Source: Escherichia coli
GTDB lineage: Bacteria; Pseudomonadota; Gammaproteobacteria; Enterobacterales; Enterobacteriaceae
DNA length: 64,000 nt
Assembly (NCBI RefSeq): GCF_048403405.1
Contig: NZ_CP183129.1
Strand: one strand, 5' to 3'
Positions 1 to 10,055 of this stretch are shown here, piece after piece (the stretch's first letter is position 1; each line of letters begins with the position of its first letter). The translations under genes and the position numbers were made by a program. A model generated the notes under the pieces. The model ran no database searches, was not told the origin of the DNA, and saw only the letters and a program-made list of their open reading frames with translations.

Positions 1-314
1 ACGCCGAATTGTTCGCACACCTGGTGGTCCTCATCAGACAGGAGCGTAAAGTTAAGCAGCTCTTTTTCCGCAAAACGGGAGAGTTTTTCAGGTTTATCGG
101 TGCTGATACCCAGCACATCAACGCCCGCTTTTTTCAACTCATCCATGTTATCGCGTAAGCCGCAGGCCTGTACGGTACAGCCGGGGGTCATGGCTTTCGG
201 GTAGAAATAAACCAGAACACGCTGTCCCTGGAAGTCGGTCAAATTAACTTGTTCTCCGTCTTGATCCGGCAAGCTAAATTTCGGTGCGATATCACCGGCT
301 TTCAGTGGATTCAT
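1..314 (-). CDS. bcp: thiol peroxidase Bcp (peroxiredoxin), 5' part only; gene runs off the left window edge
   Basis: Minus-strand translation from ATG (complement of 312-314) reads MNPLKAGDIAPKFSLPDQDGEQVNLTDFQGQRVLVYFYPKAMTPGCTVQACGLRD... with peroxiredoxin TPGC motif; no stop before position 1. Start overlaps gcvR stop (TAATG). Confidence 0.85.
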   Translation of the reverse strand, partial: MNPLKAGDIAPKFSLPDQDGEQVNLTDFQGQRVLVYFYPKAMTPGCTVQACGLRDNMDELKKAGVDVLGISTDKPEKLSRFAEKELLNFTLLSDEDHQVCEQFG

Positions 315-886
315 TACTTAACTCCATCCTGTTCATCATGTTGGGAATAATTGACGACGTTAATACTGCCTTGTGCATTGAGTTCTGTACATAGGGCTTT
401 GAACGCTTGCTCAATATTTGCTGCGTCCGCAGATGCGGGGCTGTGGGCGGTTATCTGAATATGCAACTGCGCAGCCCGTTCATTTTCAGCAGGTTGCGTG
501 CGCGACACCAGCTCCGCAATGTTCATATGATGCGCGTCGAAAAGTGCTGTGAAGCGTTCAATTAAATGCGGGGAGTCTGCCACATCGACCTGAACCCAGA
601 CAGATGCTGGCATTGGCGGACGCGGACGCGCCGTCGTGCGCTTCATCACGATTAAAAGATCCAGTTCTGCACCTTTCAACGGTAACGTTGATTCAATCAG
701 AGTAATGGCATTCCATGAACCGGAAAGCAGCATGATAAACGTGAACTCTTCTCCCAGCATCGCCAGGCGACTGTCTTCAATATTACAGCCGCAACTACTG
801 ACATGACGGGTGATGGTGTTCACAATTCCAGGGCGATCGGCACCCAACGCAGTGATCACCAGATAATGTTGCGATGACAGTGTCAA
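314..886 (-). CDS. gcvR: glycine cleavage system transcriptional regulator GcvR (tandem ACT domains)
   Basis: Track ORF 314..952 (-); sequence ...TLSSQHYLVITALGADRPGIVNTITRHV... matches GcvR. I place the start at in-frame TTG (complement of 884-886) giving 190 aa; the track's upstream extension to 952 is probably not translated. Confidence 0.85.
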   Translation of the reverse strand: MTLSSQHYLVITALGADRPGIVNTITRHVSSCGCNIEDSRLAMLGEEFTFIMLLSGSWNAITLIESTLPLKGAELDLLIVMKRTTARPRPPMPASVWVQVDVADSPHLIERFTALFDAHHMNIAELVSRTQPAENERAAQLHIQITAHSPASADAANIEQAFKALCTELNAQGSINVVNYSQHDEQDGVK

Positions 887-1031
887 ACTGGTTATTCCTT
901 TAAGGGGTGAGTTGTTCTTAAGGAAAGCATAAAAAAAACATGCATACAACAATCAGAACGGTTCTGTCTGCTTGCTTTTAATGCCATACCAAACGTACCA
1001 TTGAGACACTTGTTTGCACAGAGGATGGCCC

Positions 1032-1910
1032 ATGTTCACGGGAAGTATTGTCGCGATTGTTACTCCGATGGATGAAAAAGGTAATGTCTGTCGGGCTAGC
1101 TTGAAAAAACTGATTGATTATCATGTCGCCAGCGGTACTTCGGCGATCGTTTCTGTTGGCACCACTGGCGAGTCCGCTACCTTAAATCATGACGAACATG
1201 CTGATGTGGTGATGATGACGCTGGAGCTGGCTGACGGGCGCATTCCGGTGATTGCCGGAACCGGCGCTAACGCTACTGCGGAAGCCATTAGCCTGACGCA
1301 GCGCTTCAATGACAGTGGTATCGTCGGCTGCCTGACGGTAACCCCTTACTACAATCGTCCGTCGCAAGAAGGTTTGTATCAGCATTTCAAAGCCATCGCT
1401 GAGCATACTGACCTGCCGCAAATTCTGTATAATGTGCCGTCCCGTACTGGCTGCGATCTGCTCCCGGAAACGGTGGGCCGTCTGGCGAAAGTAAAAAATA
1501 TTATCGGAATCAAAGAGGCAACAGGGAACTTAACGCGTGTAAACCAGATCAAAGAGCTGGTTTCAGATGATTTTGTTCTGCTGAGCGGCGATGATGCGAG
1601 CGCGCTGGACTTCATGCAATTAGGCGGTCATGGGGTTATTTCCGTTACGGCTAACGTCGCAGCGCGTGATATGGCCCAGATGTGCAAACTGGCAGCAGAA
1701 GGGCATTTTGCCGAGGCACGCGTTATTAATCAGCGTCTGATGCCATTACACAACAAACTATTTGTCGAACCCAATCCAATCCCGGTGAAATGGGCATGTA
1801 AGGAACTGGGTCTTGTGGCGACCGATACGCTGCGCCTGCCAATGACACCAATCACCGACAGTGGTCGTGAGACGGTCAGAGCGGCGCTTAAGCATGCCGG
1901 TTTGCTGTAA
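1032..1910 (+). CDS. dapA: 4-hydroxy-tetrahydrodipicolinate synthase
   Basis: Track ORF 1014..1910 starts at TTG; ATG at 1032 gives [19 protein letters not shown]... (292 aa), class I aldolase DapA. Stop TAA 1908-1910. Confidence 0.95.
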   Translation: MFTGSIVAIVTPMDEKGNVCRASLKKLIDYHVASGTSAIVSVGTTGESATLNHDEHADVVMMTLELADGRIPVIAGTGANATAEAISLTQRFNDSGIVGCLTVTPYYNRPSQEGLYQHFKAIAEHTDLPQILYNVPSRTGCDLLPETVGRLAKVKNIIGIKEATGNLTRVNQIKELVSDDFVLLSGDDASALDFMQLGGHGVISVTANVAARDMAQMCKLAAEGHFAEARVINQRLMPLHNKLFVEPNPIPVKWACKELGLVATDTLRLPMTPITDSGRETVRAALKHAGLL

Positions 1911-1926
1911 AGTTTAGGGAGATTTG

Positions 1927-2961
1927 ATGGCTTACTCTGTTCAAAAGTCGCGCCTGGCAAAGGTTGCGGGTGTTTCGCTTGTTTTATTACTCGCTGCCTG
2001 TAGTTCTGACTCACGCTATAAGCGTCAGGTCAGTGGTGATGAAGCCTACCTGGAAGCGGCACCGCTTGCGGAGCTTCATGCCCCGGCTGGAATGATTTTG
2101 CCGGTGACCTCCGGTGATTATGCAATCCCGGTGACCAACGGTAGTGGTGCTGTCGGTAAGGCGCTGGACATTCGTCCACCAGCCCAGCCGCTGGCACTGG
2201 TTTCTGGCGCGCGTACCCAGTTCACGGGCGATACCGCTTCATTGCTGGTGGAAAATGGTCGTGGCAATACTCTGTGGCCGCAGGTGGTTAGCGTGCTGCA
2301 GGCGAAAAACTACACCATCACCCAACGTGATGATGCTGGTCAGACACTGACCACCGATTGGGTACAATGGAACCGTCTGGACGAAGACGAGCAGTATCGT
2401 GGTCGTTATCAAATCTCTGTTAAGCCGCAGGGTTATCAGCAGGCGGTTACGGTTAAACTGCTGAACCTGGAACAGGCGGGCAAACTGGTTGCAGACGCGG
2501 CTTCCATGCAGCGTTACAGCACGGAGATGATGAACGTTATTTCCGCCGGTCTGGATAAATCTGCCACTGACGCCGCGAACGCTGCGCAAAATCGAGCCTC
2601 CACCACTATGGACGTACAAAGTGCAGCTGATGACACCGGTTTACCAATGCTGGTCGTACGCGGGCCGTTCAATGTGGTTTGGCAACGTCTGCCAGCGGCG
2701 CTGGAAAAAGTGGGCATGAAAGTGACCGACAGCACCCGTTCGCAGGGCAACATGGCCGTAACTTACAAGCCGCTGTCTGACAGCGACTGGCAGGAACTGG
2801 GCGCGAGCGATCCAGGCCTGGCATCCGGTGACTATAAACTGCAGGTTGGCGATTTAGATAACCGCAGCAGCCTACAGTTCATCGATCCGAAAGGTCATAC
2901 TCTGACTCAGAGTCAGAACGACGCGCTGGTAGCTGTCTTCCAGGCTGCGTTTAGCAAGTAA
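1927..2961 (+). CDS. bamC: outer-membrane lipoprotein BamC (NlpB), BAM complex component
   Basis: ATG 1927 preceded by AGGGAGA; [28 protein letters not shown] has a lipobox (LAAC); 344 aa; 16 bp after dapA, consistent with a dapA-bamC operon. Confidence 0.92.
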   Translation: MAYSVQKSRLAKVAGVSLVLLLAACSSDSRYKRQVSGDEAYLEAAPLAELHAPAGMILPVTSGDYAIPVTNGSGAVGKALDIRPPAQPLALVSGARTQFTGDTASLLVENGRGNTLWPQVVSVLQAKNYTITQRDDAGQTLTTDWVQWNRLDEDEQYRGRYQISVKPQGYQQAVTVKLLNLEQAGKLVADAASMQRYSTEMMNVISAGLDKSATDAANAAQNRASTTMDVQSAADDTGLPMLVVRGPFNVVWQRLPAALEKVGMKVTDSTRSQGNMAVTYKPLSDSDWQELGASDPGLASGDYKLQVGDLDNRSSLQFIDPKGHTLTQSQNDALVAVFQAAFSK

Positions 2962-2967
2962 AAATAC

Positions 2968-2995
2968 AGGGCTGGAGTCATCCGGCCCTTTTTTC
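2968..2995 (+). terminator. intrinsic terminator after bamC
   Basis: GGGCTGGA-gtca-TCCGGCCC stem (one G-U pair) followed by TTTTTT, 7 bp after the bamC stop. Confidence 0.7.
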
Positions 2996-3004
2996 TGATA
3001 TGAT

Positions 3005-3020
3005 ACGCAAACGTGTGCGT
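3005..3020. promoter_or_regulatory. PurR operator-like box upstream of purC
   Basis: ACGCAAACGTGTGCGT, a near-perfect palindrome matching the pur-box consensus (ACGCAAAC/GTTTGCGT), about 155 bp upstream of the purC ATG. Confidence 0.6.
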
Positions 3021-3065
3021 CGGCAGAAAAATGCGATTTTAGCGGTAATTCGCACAAAATTTGTT

Positions 3066-3110
3066 TGTCGGACGTAGGTCGGATAAGGCGTTCTTGCCGC
3101 ATCTGACAAA
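3066..3110. repeat. REP-type palindromic unit
   Basis: GACGTAGGTCGGATAAGGCGTT...GCCGCATCTGAC matches the REP family motif (GCCGGATGCGGCG / CTTATCCGGCCTAC type) in the bamC-purC intergenic region. Confidence 0.6.
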
Positions 3111-3173
3111 ACATCCGGCACACCAGACAGCAAAAGATTTTAAAACGTTAATTCACACCCAGGAGTGATAAAG

Positions 3174-3887
3174 ATGCAAAAGCAAGCTGAGTTGTATCGT
3201 GGTAAAGCGAAAACCGTATACAGCACGGAAAACCCGGACCTGTTGGTGCTCGAATTCCGCAATGATACGTCAGCAGGGGATGGCGCGCGCATTGAGCAGT
3301 TTGATCGCAAAGGTATGGTGAACAACAAGTTCAACTACTTCATTATGAGCAAACTGGCTGAAGCGGGTATCCCGACTCAAATGGAGCGTCTGCTCTCCGA
3401 TACCGAATGTCTGGTCAAAAAGCTGGATATGGTGCCGGTTGAGTGTGTCGTGCGTAACCGTGCTGCTGGCTCTCTGGTGAAACGTCTTGGAATCGAAGAA
3501 GGTATTGAGCTGAACCCGCCGCTGTTCGATCTGTTCCTGAAAAACGACGCCATGCACGATCCGATGGTCAACGAATCTTACTGCGAAACCTTTGGCTGGG
3601 TGAGCAAAGAGAACCTGGCGCGTATGAAAGAGCTGACCTACAAAGCGAACGACGTGCTGAAAAAACTGTTCGATGATGCTGGTCTGATTTTGGTCGACTT
3701 TAAACTGGAGTTTGGCCTGTACAAAGGTGAAGTGGTACTGGGCGATGAGTTCTCCCCGGACGGCAGCCGCCTGTGGGACAAAGAAACGCTGGAGAAAATG
3801 GACAAAGACCGTTTCCGCCAGAGCCTCGGTGGCCTGATCGAGGCCTATGAAGCCGTCGCCCGCCGCCTGGGTGTACAGCTGGACTGA
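3174..3887 (+). CDS. purC: phosphoribosylaminoimidazole-succinocarboxamide synthase
   Basis: ATG 3174 after AGGAG; [39 protein letters not shown]... (237 aa) is SAICAR synthetase. The track start at 3165 is an upstream GTG. Confidence 0.95.
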
Positions 3888-4054
3888 TTTTTCTGCTCAT
3901 CATCTTGCCGTGCAGCTGGCACGGCAAGACAACCGCTCTCGGAAGATGTGCATTGAACGCTCATTCCTCCGCCATTTCATCCCGCTTTCCTGTGGTAATC
4001 TTCCTCTGAACCACCTACGATCATTTCTATAATGAATATATTGTTGAGGTATCT

Positions 4055-4918
4055 ATGCGTTGGCAAGGGCGACGTGAAAGTGACAATGTTGAAGACAGGC
4101 GCAACAGCTCTGGTGGTCCGTCAATGGGCGGTCCAGGTTTTCGCCTGCCAAGCGGTAAAGGCGGGCTGATTTTACTGATAGTCGTGCTGGTTGCAGGTTA
4201 CTATGGCGTTGATTTAACCGGGTTGATGACCGGACAGCCGGTTTCCCAACAGCAATCAACACGGTCAATTAGTCCTAATGAAGACGAAGCCGCAAAATTC
4301 ACTTCGGTGATTCTGGCAACCACGGAAGACACCTGGGGACAGCAATTCGAGAAGATGGGTAAAACCTATCAGCAACCGAAGCTGGTCATGTACCGTGGAA
4401 TGACGCGCACCGGCTGCGGGGCGGGCCAGTCCATTATGGGACCGTTCTATTGCCCGGCGGATGGCACGGTTTATATCGATCTCTCCTTCTATGATGACAT
4501 GAAAGACAAACTTGGCGCGGATGGCGATTTTGCCCAGGGGTACGTTATCGCCCATGAAGTCGGTCATCATGTGCAGAAACTGTTAGGCATCGAGCCGAAA
4601 GTTCGTCAACTGCAACAAAACGCGACGCAGGCGGAAGTGAACCGCTTATCTGTGCGTATGGAACTCCAGGCCGACTGTTTTGCTGGTGTCTGGGGGCATA
4701 GTATGCAGCAGCAAGGCGTTCTGGAAACCGGCGATCTGGAAGAGGCGCTGAACGCGGCGCAGGCCATCGGCGATGACCGTTTACAACAGCAAAGTCAGGG
4801 GCGAGTAGTACCAGACAGTTTCACTCATGGCACTTCTCAGCAACGCTACAGCTGGTTTAAACGTGGTTTCGACAGCGGCGATCCGGCACAATGCAATACT
4901 TTTGGTAAAAGCATTTAA
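4055..4918 (+). CDS. ypfJ: putative zinc metallopeptidase-like membrane-anchored protein YpfJ
   Basis: Track ORF 287 aa; N-terminal TM segment ([15 protein letters not shown]) and HEXXH-type motif HEVGHH. Confidence 0.8.
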
Positions 4919-4932
4919 CTTCCGGGGCAGGG

Positions 4933-6948
4933 ATGGCTGAACTAACTGCGCTTCACACATTAACAGCGCAAATGAAACGTGAAGGGATCCGCCGCTTGCT
5001 GGTGTTGAGCGGGGAAGAGGGTTGGTGTTTTGATCATGCGCTTAAGTTGCGTGATGCCTTACCTGGCGACTGGCTGTGGATTTCGCCGCAGCCAGATGCT
5101 GAAAACCACTGTTCACCCTCGGCGCTACAAACTTTACTTGGGCGCGAGTTCCGGCATGCGGTATTCGACGCCCGCCACGGCTTTGATGCCGCTGCCTTTG
5201 CGGCACTTAGCGGAACGTTGAAAGCGGGAAGTTGGCTGGTTTTGTTACTCCCTGTATGGGAAGAGTGGGAAAACCAACCTGATGCCGACTCGCTGCGCTG
5301 GAGTGATTGCCCTGACCCTATTGCGACGCCGCATTTTGTCCAGCATCTCAAACGCGTACTTACGGCGGATAACGACGCTATTCTCTGGCGGCAAAACCAG
5401 CCGTTCTCGTTGGCGCATTTTACTCCCCGTACTGACTGGCACCCCGCGACCGGCGCACCACAACCAGAACAACAGCAACTCTTACAGCAGCTACTGACCA
5501 TGCCGCCGGGCGTGGCAGCGGTAACTGCTGCGCGTGGGCGCGGTAAATCGGCGTTGGCAGGGCAACTCATTTCTCGTATTGCGGGCAGTGCGATTGTCAC
5601 CGCGCCCGCAAAAGCGGCAACGGATGTACTGGCACAATTTGCGGGCGAGAAGTTTCGCTTTATTGCGCCGGATGCCTTGTTAGCCAGCGATGAGCAAGCC
5701 GACTGGCTGGTGGTCGATGAAGCCGCAGCTATACCTGCGCCGTTGTTGCATCAACTGGTATCGCGTTTTCCTCGAACGTTGTTAACCACTACGGTGCAGG
5801 GCTACGAAGGCACCGGACGTGGTTTTTTGCTGAAATTTTGCGCTCGCTTTCCGCATTTACACCGTTTTGAACTACAACAGCCGATCCGCTGGGCGCAGGG
5901 ATGCCCGCTGGAAAAAATGGTTAGTGAGGCACTGGTGTTTGACGATGAAAACTTCACCCATACACCACAAGGCAATATCGTCATTGCCGCATTTGAACAG
6001 ACGTTATGGCGAAGTGAGCCAGAAACGCCGTTAAAGGTTTATCAGCTATTGTCTGGTGCGCACTACCGGACCTCGCCGCTGGATTTACGCCGCATGATGG
6101 ATGCACCAGGGCAACATTTTTTACAGGCGGCTGGCGACAACGAGATTGCCGGGGCGCTGTGGCTGGTGGATGAGGGGGGATTATCTCAACAACTCAGTCA
6201 GGCGGTATGGGCGGGTTTTCGTCGCCCGCGGGGTAATCTGGTGGCTCAGTCGCTGGCGGCGCACGGCAGCAATCCTCTGGCGGCGACATTGCGCGGACGG
6301 CGGGTCAGCCGGATAGCAGTTCATCCGGCTCGTCAGCGGGAAGGCACAGGGCGGCAACTTATTGCTGGTGCTTTGCAATATACGCGTGACCTCGACTATC
6401 TTTCGGTGAGTTTTGGTTACACCGGGGAGTTATGGCGTTTCTGGCAACGCTGCGGTTTTGTGCTGGTGCGAATGGGTAATCATCGTGAAGCCAGCAGCGG
6501 TTGCTATACGGCGATGGCGTTGTTACCGATGAGTGATGCGGGTAAACAGCTGGCTGAACGTGAGCATTACCGTTTACGTCGCGATGCGCAAGCTCTCGCG
6601 CAGTGGAATGGCGAAACGCTCCCTGTTGATCCACTAAACGATGCCGTCCTTTCTGACGACGACTGGCTTGAACTGGCCGGTTTTGCTTTCGCTCATCGTC
6701 CGCTATTAACGTCGTTAGGTTGCTTAATGCGTCTGTTACAAACCAGCGAACTGGCATTACCGGCGCTGCGTGGGCGTTTACAGAAAAACGCCAGTGACGC
6801 GCAGTTATGTACCACACTTAAACTTTCAGGCCGTAAGCTGTTACTGGTCCGTCAACGCGAAGAAGCCGCGCAGGCGCTGTTCGCACTTAATTATGTTCGC
6901 ACTGAGCGTCTGCGCGATCGCATAACGCAATGGCAATTTTTTCACTGA
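4933..6948 (+). CDS. tmcA: tRNA(Met) cytidine acetyltransferase TmcA (YpfI)
   Basis: 671 aa; P-loop ARGRGKSA, helicase-like core and C-terminal GNAT-like region; starts 14 bp after ypfJ. Confidence 0.88.
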   Translation: MAELTALHTLTAQMKREGIRRLLVLSGEEGWCFDHALKLRDALPGDWLWISPQPDAENHCSPSALQTLLGREFRHAVFDARHGFDAAAFAALSGTLKAGSWLVLLLPVWEEWENQPDADSLRWSDCPDPIATPHFVQHLKRVLTADNDAILWRQNQPFSLAHFTPRTDWHPATGAPQPEQQQLLQQLLTMPPGVAAVTAARGRGKSALAGQLISRIAGSAIVTAPAKAATDVLAQFAGEKFRFIAPDALLASDEQADWLVVDEAAAIPAPLLHQLVSRFPRTLLTTTVQGYEGTGRGFLLKFCARFPHLHRFELQQPIRWAQGCPLEKMVSEALVFDDENFTHTPQGNIVIAAFEQTLWRSEPETPLKVYQLLSGAHYRTSPLDLRRMMDAPGQHFLQAAGDNEIAGALWLVDEGGLSQQLSQAVWAGFRRPRGNLVAQSLAAHGSNPLAATLRGRRVSRIAVHPARQREGTGRQLIAGALQYTRDLDYLSVSFGYTGELWRFWQRCGFVLVRMGNHREASSGCYTAMALLPMSDAGKQLAEREHYRLRRDAQALAQWNGETLPVDPLNDAVLSDDDWLELAGFAFAHRPLLTSLGCLMRLLQTSELALPALRGRLQKNASDAQLCTTLKLSGRKLLLVRQREEAAQALFALNYVRTERLRDRITQWQFFH

Positions 6949-7021
6949 CTCCTTCAATTTTCTCCCATGGTCATTGTGAGTCAGCGGCGTAAAATTAATG
7001 ACATCAGTTAAGGAGTTCGCC

Positions 7022-7720
7022 ATGAAACATGACCATTTTGTTGTTCAAAGCCCGGATAAACCTGCGCAACAGTTGTTACTGCTTTTCCACGGTGTCGGGG
7101 ATAACCCGGTGGCAATGGGGGAAATAGGTAGCTGGTTTGCACCGCTGTTTCCTGATGCGCTGGTGGTGAGTGTCGGTGGCGTGGAGCCGAGCGGTAATCC
7201 GGCGGGGCGTCAGTGGTTTTCGGTGCAGGGTATTACGGAAGATAATCGCCAGGCACGTGTGGATGCCATCATGCCGACGTTTATTGAAACGGTGCGCTAC
7301 TGGCAGAAACAGAGCGGAGTAGGGGCTAACGCCACGGCGCTAATCGGTTTCTCACAAGGCGCGATTATGGCGCTGGAGAGCATTAAAGCCGAACCGGGCC
7401 TTGCTTCGCGCGTCATTGCCTTCAACGGACGCTACGCGAGCCTGCCGGAAACCGCGTCTACAGCCACGACAATTCACCTGATTCATGGCGGTGAAGATCC
7501 TGTTATCGATCTGGCGCATGCGGTTGCGGCGCAGGAAGCGTTAATCAGTGCCGGTGGTGATGTGACGCTGGATATCGTGGAGGATTTAGGCCATGCGATC
7601 GACAATCGCAGTATGCAATTTGCCCTGGATCACTTGCGTTATACCATTCCGAAACATTATTTCGACGAAGCGCTAAGTGGCGGTAAGCCTGGCGATGATG
7701 ATGTGATTGAAATGATGTAA
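7022..7720 (+). CDS. ypfH: esterase/carboxylesterase YpfH (alpha/beta hydrolase)
   Basis: ATG 7022 gives MKHDHFVVQSPDKPAQQLLLLFHGVGDN...; nucleophile elbow GFSQG; the track start at 6998 is upstream in-frame. Confidence 0.85.
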   Translation: MKHDHFVVQSPDKPAQQLLLLFHGVGDNPVAMGEIGSWFAPLFPDALVVSVGGVEPSGNPAGRQWFSVQGITEDNRQARVDAIMPTFIETVRYWQKQSGVGANATALIGFSQGAIMALESIKAEPGLASRVIAFNGRYASLPETASTATTIHLIHGGEDPVIDLAHAVAAQEALISAGGDVTLDIVEDLGHAIDNRSMQFALDHLRYTIPKHYFDEALSGGKPGDDDVIEMM

Positions 7721-7724
7721 TAAT

Positions 7725-7795
7725 AGCCGGGTAGGCCTGATAAGACCGTATCAGGCATCATGGCCGGATGCGGCGTTAACGCCTTATCCGGCCAC
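7725..7795. repeat. two adjacent REP units (BIME-like) between convergent ypfH and ypfN
   Basis: GCCTGATAAGACCGTATCAGGC followed by GGCCGGATGCGGCGTTAACGCCTTATCCGGCC; both are imperfect palindromes of the REP family. Confidence 0.75.
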
Positions 7796-7800
7796 TCAGC

Positions 7801-8001
7801 TTACTTCTTCGGTTGATCCTTTTTCGGCCAGTCGTCGTCATCGTCCCACTTATCGTTGAAATCACGATGCGGGGGAAGCTCCGGCTTGTTGGCGAGAAAT
7901 TTCTTATGGTCGACGCGCTTGAGATCTTTAATCACGTTCAGCAGGACGCCTACCAAAAAGACAATCACCAGAATCCACCAATATTTAGCCAGCCAGTCCA
8001 T
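7801..8001 (-). CDS. ypfN: small inner-membrane protein YpfN (UPF0370)
   Basis: [34 protein letters not shown]...[14 protein letters not shown] (66 aa): single TM helix plus acidic tail. The track ORF extends 8 codons upstream to 8025. Confidence 0.8.
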
Positions 8002-8028
8002 GCTTATTTCCTCTTGCAGAACCACTCA

Positions 8029-9156
8029 TCAGGCGACGAGCTGTTCCATGATACGTTGATACATACGGGCAAGTAGCTGCAGGTCGGCAGCGTTCACACA
8101 TTCATTAATTTTATGAATAGTGGCATTGACCGGCCCGAGTTCCACCACCTGCGCCCCCATGCGGGCAATAAAGCGCCCGTCGGACGTTCCGCCTGTGGTC
8201 AGTAGCTGCGGTTTAATTTCATTATAGTGCTCAACCGCGTTAACGACCGCATCCACCAGTTTACCGCGCGCGGTCAAAAATGGCTGCCCGGAAAGCCACC
8301 ATTCCACCGTATAACGCAGTTGATGTTTTTCAAGCAGGGCAAGTACCTGCGCTTTGATCATCTCATCAGTCAGTTCGGTGCTGAAGCGGAAGTTAAACTG
8401 CACAAACAGTTCACCCGGAATAACGTTGTTACTGCCCGTTCCCGCCTGAATATTGGCAATCTGCATACTGGTCGCCGGGAAGAATTCATTGCCCTGATCC
8501 CACTCAATAGCCACTAATTCATTAAGGAAAGGTGCTGCGCGATGTACCGGATTGTCAGCCAGATGTGGGTAGGCAACATGCCCCTGCACGCCATGAATGG
8601 TGAGGTTGCAGGTTAACGATCCGCGACGACCATTTTTCACCACATCACCTACCACTTCGATACTCGACGGTTCGCCAACCAGGCAGTAATCGAGACGCTC
8701 ATTACGTGCCATCAACGCTTCGACGACTTTTACCGTACCGTTATGGGCACTGGCTTCTTCATCAGAAGTGATCAGAAATGCCAGTCGACCTGCATGGTTG
8801 GGATGTTGTGCGACAAAGCGTTCTGCCGCTACCACCATCGCTGCCAGCGAGCCTTTCATATCTGCCGCACCGCGCCCGAATAACATGCCATCACGAATGG
8901 TGGGTTCAAACGGCGGATTGATCCAACGATCGGCGTCGCCAGGCGGCACCACGTCGGTATGCCCGGCAAAGGCCAACGTTTCACCTTGCCCACGCCATGC
9001 CCAAAAATTCTGCGTATCGGCAAAATCCATGCGTTCAACGGTAAAACCGATCGCCTGCAAACGTTCAATCAACAAAGCCTGACATCCTGCGTCATCAGGA
9101 CTCAGGGAAGGGCGGCGAATAAGCTGTTGTGTCAGCTCAATAACCGGGCACGACAT
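8029..9156 (-). CDS. dapE: succinyl-diaminopimelate desuccinylase
   Basis: 375 aa, [26 protein letters not shown]...; M20 peptidase metal-binding motifs (HTDVVP, GAADMKG). Confidence 0.95.
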   Translation of the reverse strand: MSCPVIELTQQLIRRPSLSPDDAGCQALLIERLQAIGFTVERMDFADTQNFWAWRGQGETLAFAGHTDVVPPGDADRWINPPFEPTIRDGMLFGRGAADMKGSLAAMVVAAERFVAQHPNHAGRLAFLITSDEEASAHNGTVKVVEALMARNERLDYCLVGEPSSIEVVGDVVKNGRRGSLTCNLTIHGVQGHVAYPHLADNPVHRAAPFLNELVAIEWDQGNEFFPATSMQIANIQAGTGSNNVIPGELFVQFNFRFSTELTDEMIKAQVLALLEKHQLRYTVEWWLSGQPFLTARGKLVDAVVNAVEHYNEIKPQLLTTGGTSDGRFIARMGAQVVELGPVNATIHKINECVNAADLQLLARMYQRIMEQLVA

Positions 9157-9159
9157 AGA

Positions 9160-9534
<375 letters not shown>

Positions 9535-9897
9535 TTATGAGAATAAATACTCATTTAAGGGTGAAAACATTTTGCCTGCAAATGATTATCAGGAAATATA
9601 ACATTATCGAAGTATTCAAATTAACAACTATTAAATAATATTAAACATTTTTAACGTAAACATTAAGAATATTCATCTTGTTATCTGTCTGTATTTTAAC
9701 CAGAATTAAATCAGTATTAGATGCCGTATGAATATCTCGAAATGTTGCTGTGTATCACATACAAATCATCACCGCAGGACCATAGTATTTACATAAGATT
9801 TGTCCCCCCGGAGGTAGTCATCGCAGCAATCGAGTAAATTAGCTTCACCACGGTATATTGTTTCCGTAGAATACCCATAATTATAAGAGAGGTTGTT

Positions 9898-9957
9898 ATG
9901 ATTGAACGTGAACTGGGGAACTGGAAAGACTTTATCGAAGTTATGCTTCGTAAGTAA
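9898..9957 (+). CDS. ypfM: 19-aa small protein YpfM
   Basis: ATG 9898 preceded by AGAGAGG (spacing about 6 nt); translation MIERELGNWKDFIEVMLRK, stop TAA 9955-9957. Not in the ORF track (below size cutoff). I recognise the peptide from memory as the K-12 small protein YpfM. Confidence 0.75.
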   Translation: MIERELGNWKDFIEVMLRK

Positions 9958-10015
9958 TTCCTGAGACAAAGTACAAAAAGCAAGAACCTGCTGAGCAAGT
10001 TCTTAATCGGAAAGT

Positions 10016-10050
10016 TGAAAAAGGCGACACATTGGCATGTCGCCTTTTTT
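10016..10050. terminator. bidirectional intrinsic terminator between ypfM (+) and acrD (-)
   Basis: A-run, GGCGACA-cattggca-TGTCGCC stem, then TTTTTT; lies 6 bp from the acrD stop. Confidence 0.75.
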
Positions 10051-10055
10051 ATTGC

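Noticed and set aside
9769-9998. Two overlapping minus-strand ORFs (66 and 69 aa) in the yffB-acrD intergenic region
   Set aside because: AT-rich low-complexity translations, antisense to ypfM, with no RBS and no recognisable fold; most likely spurious.
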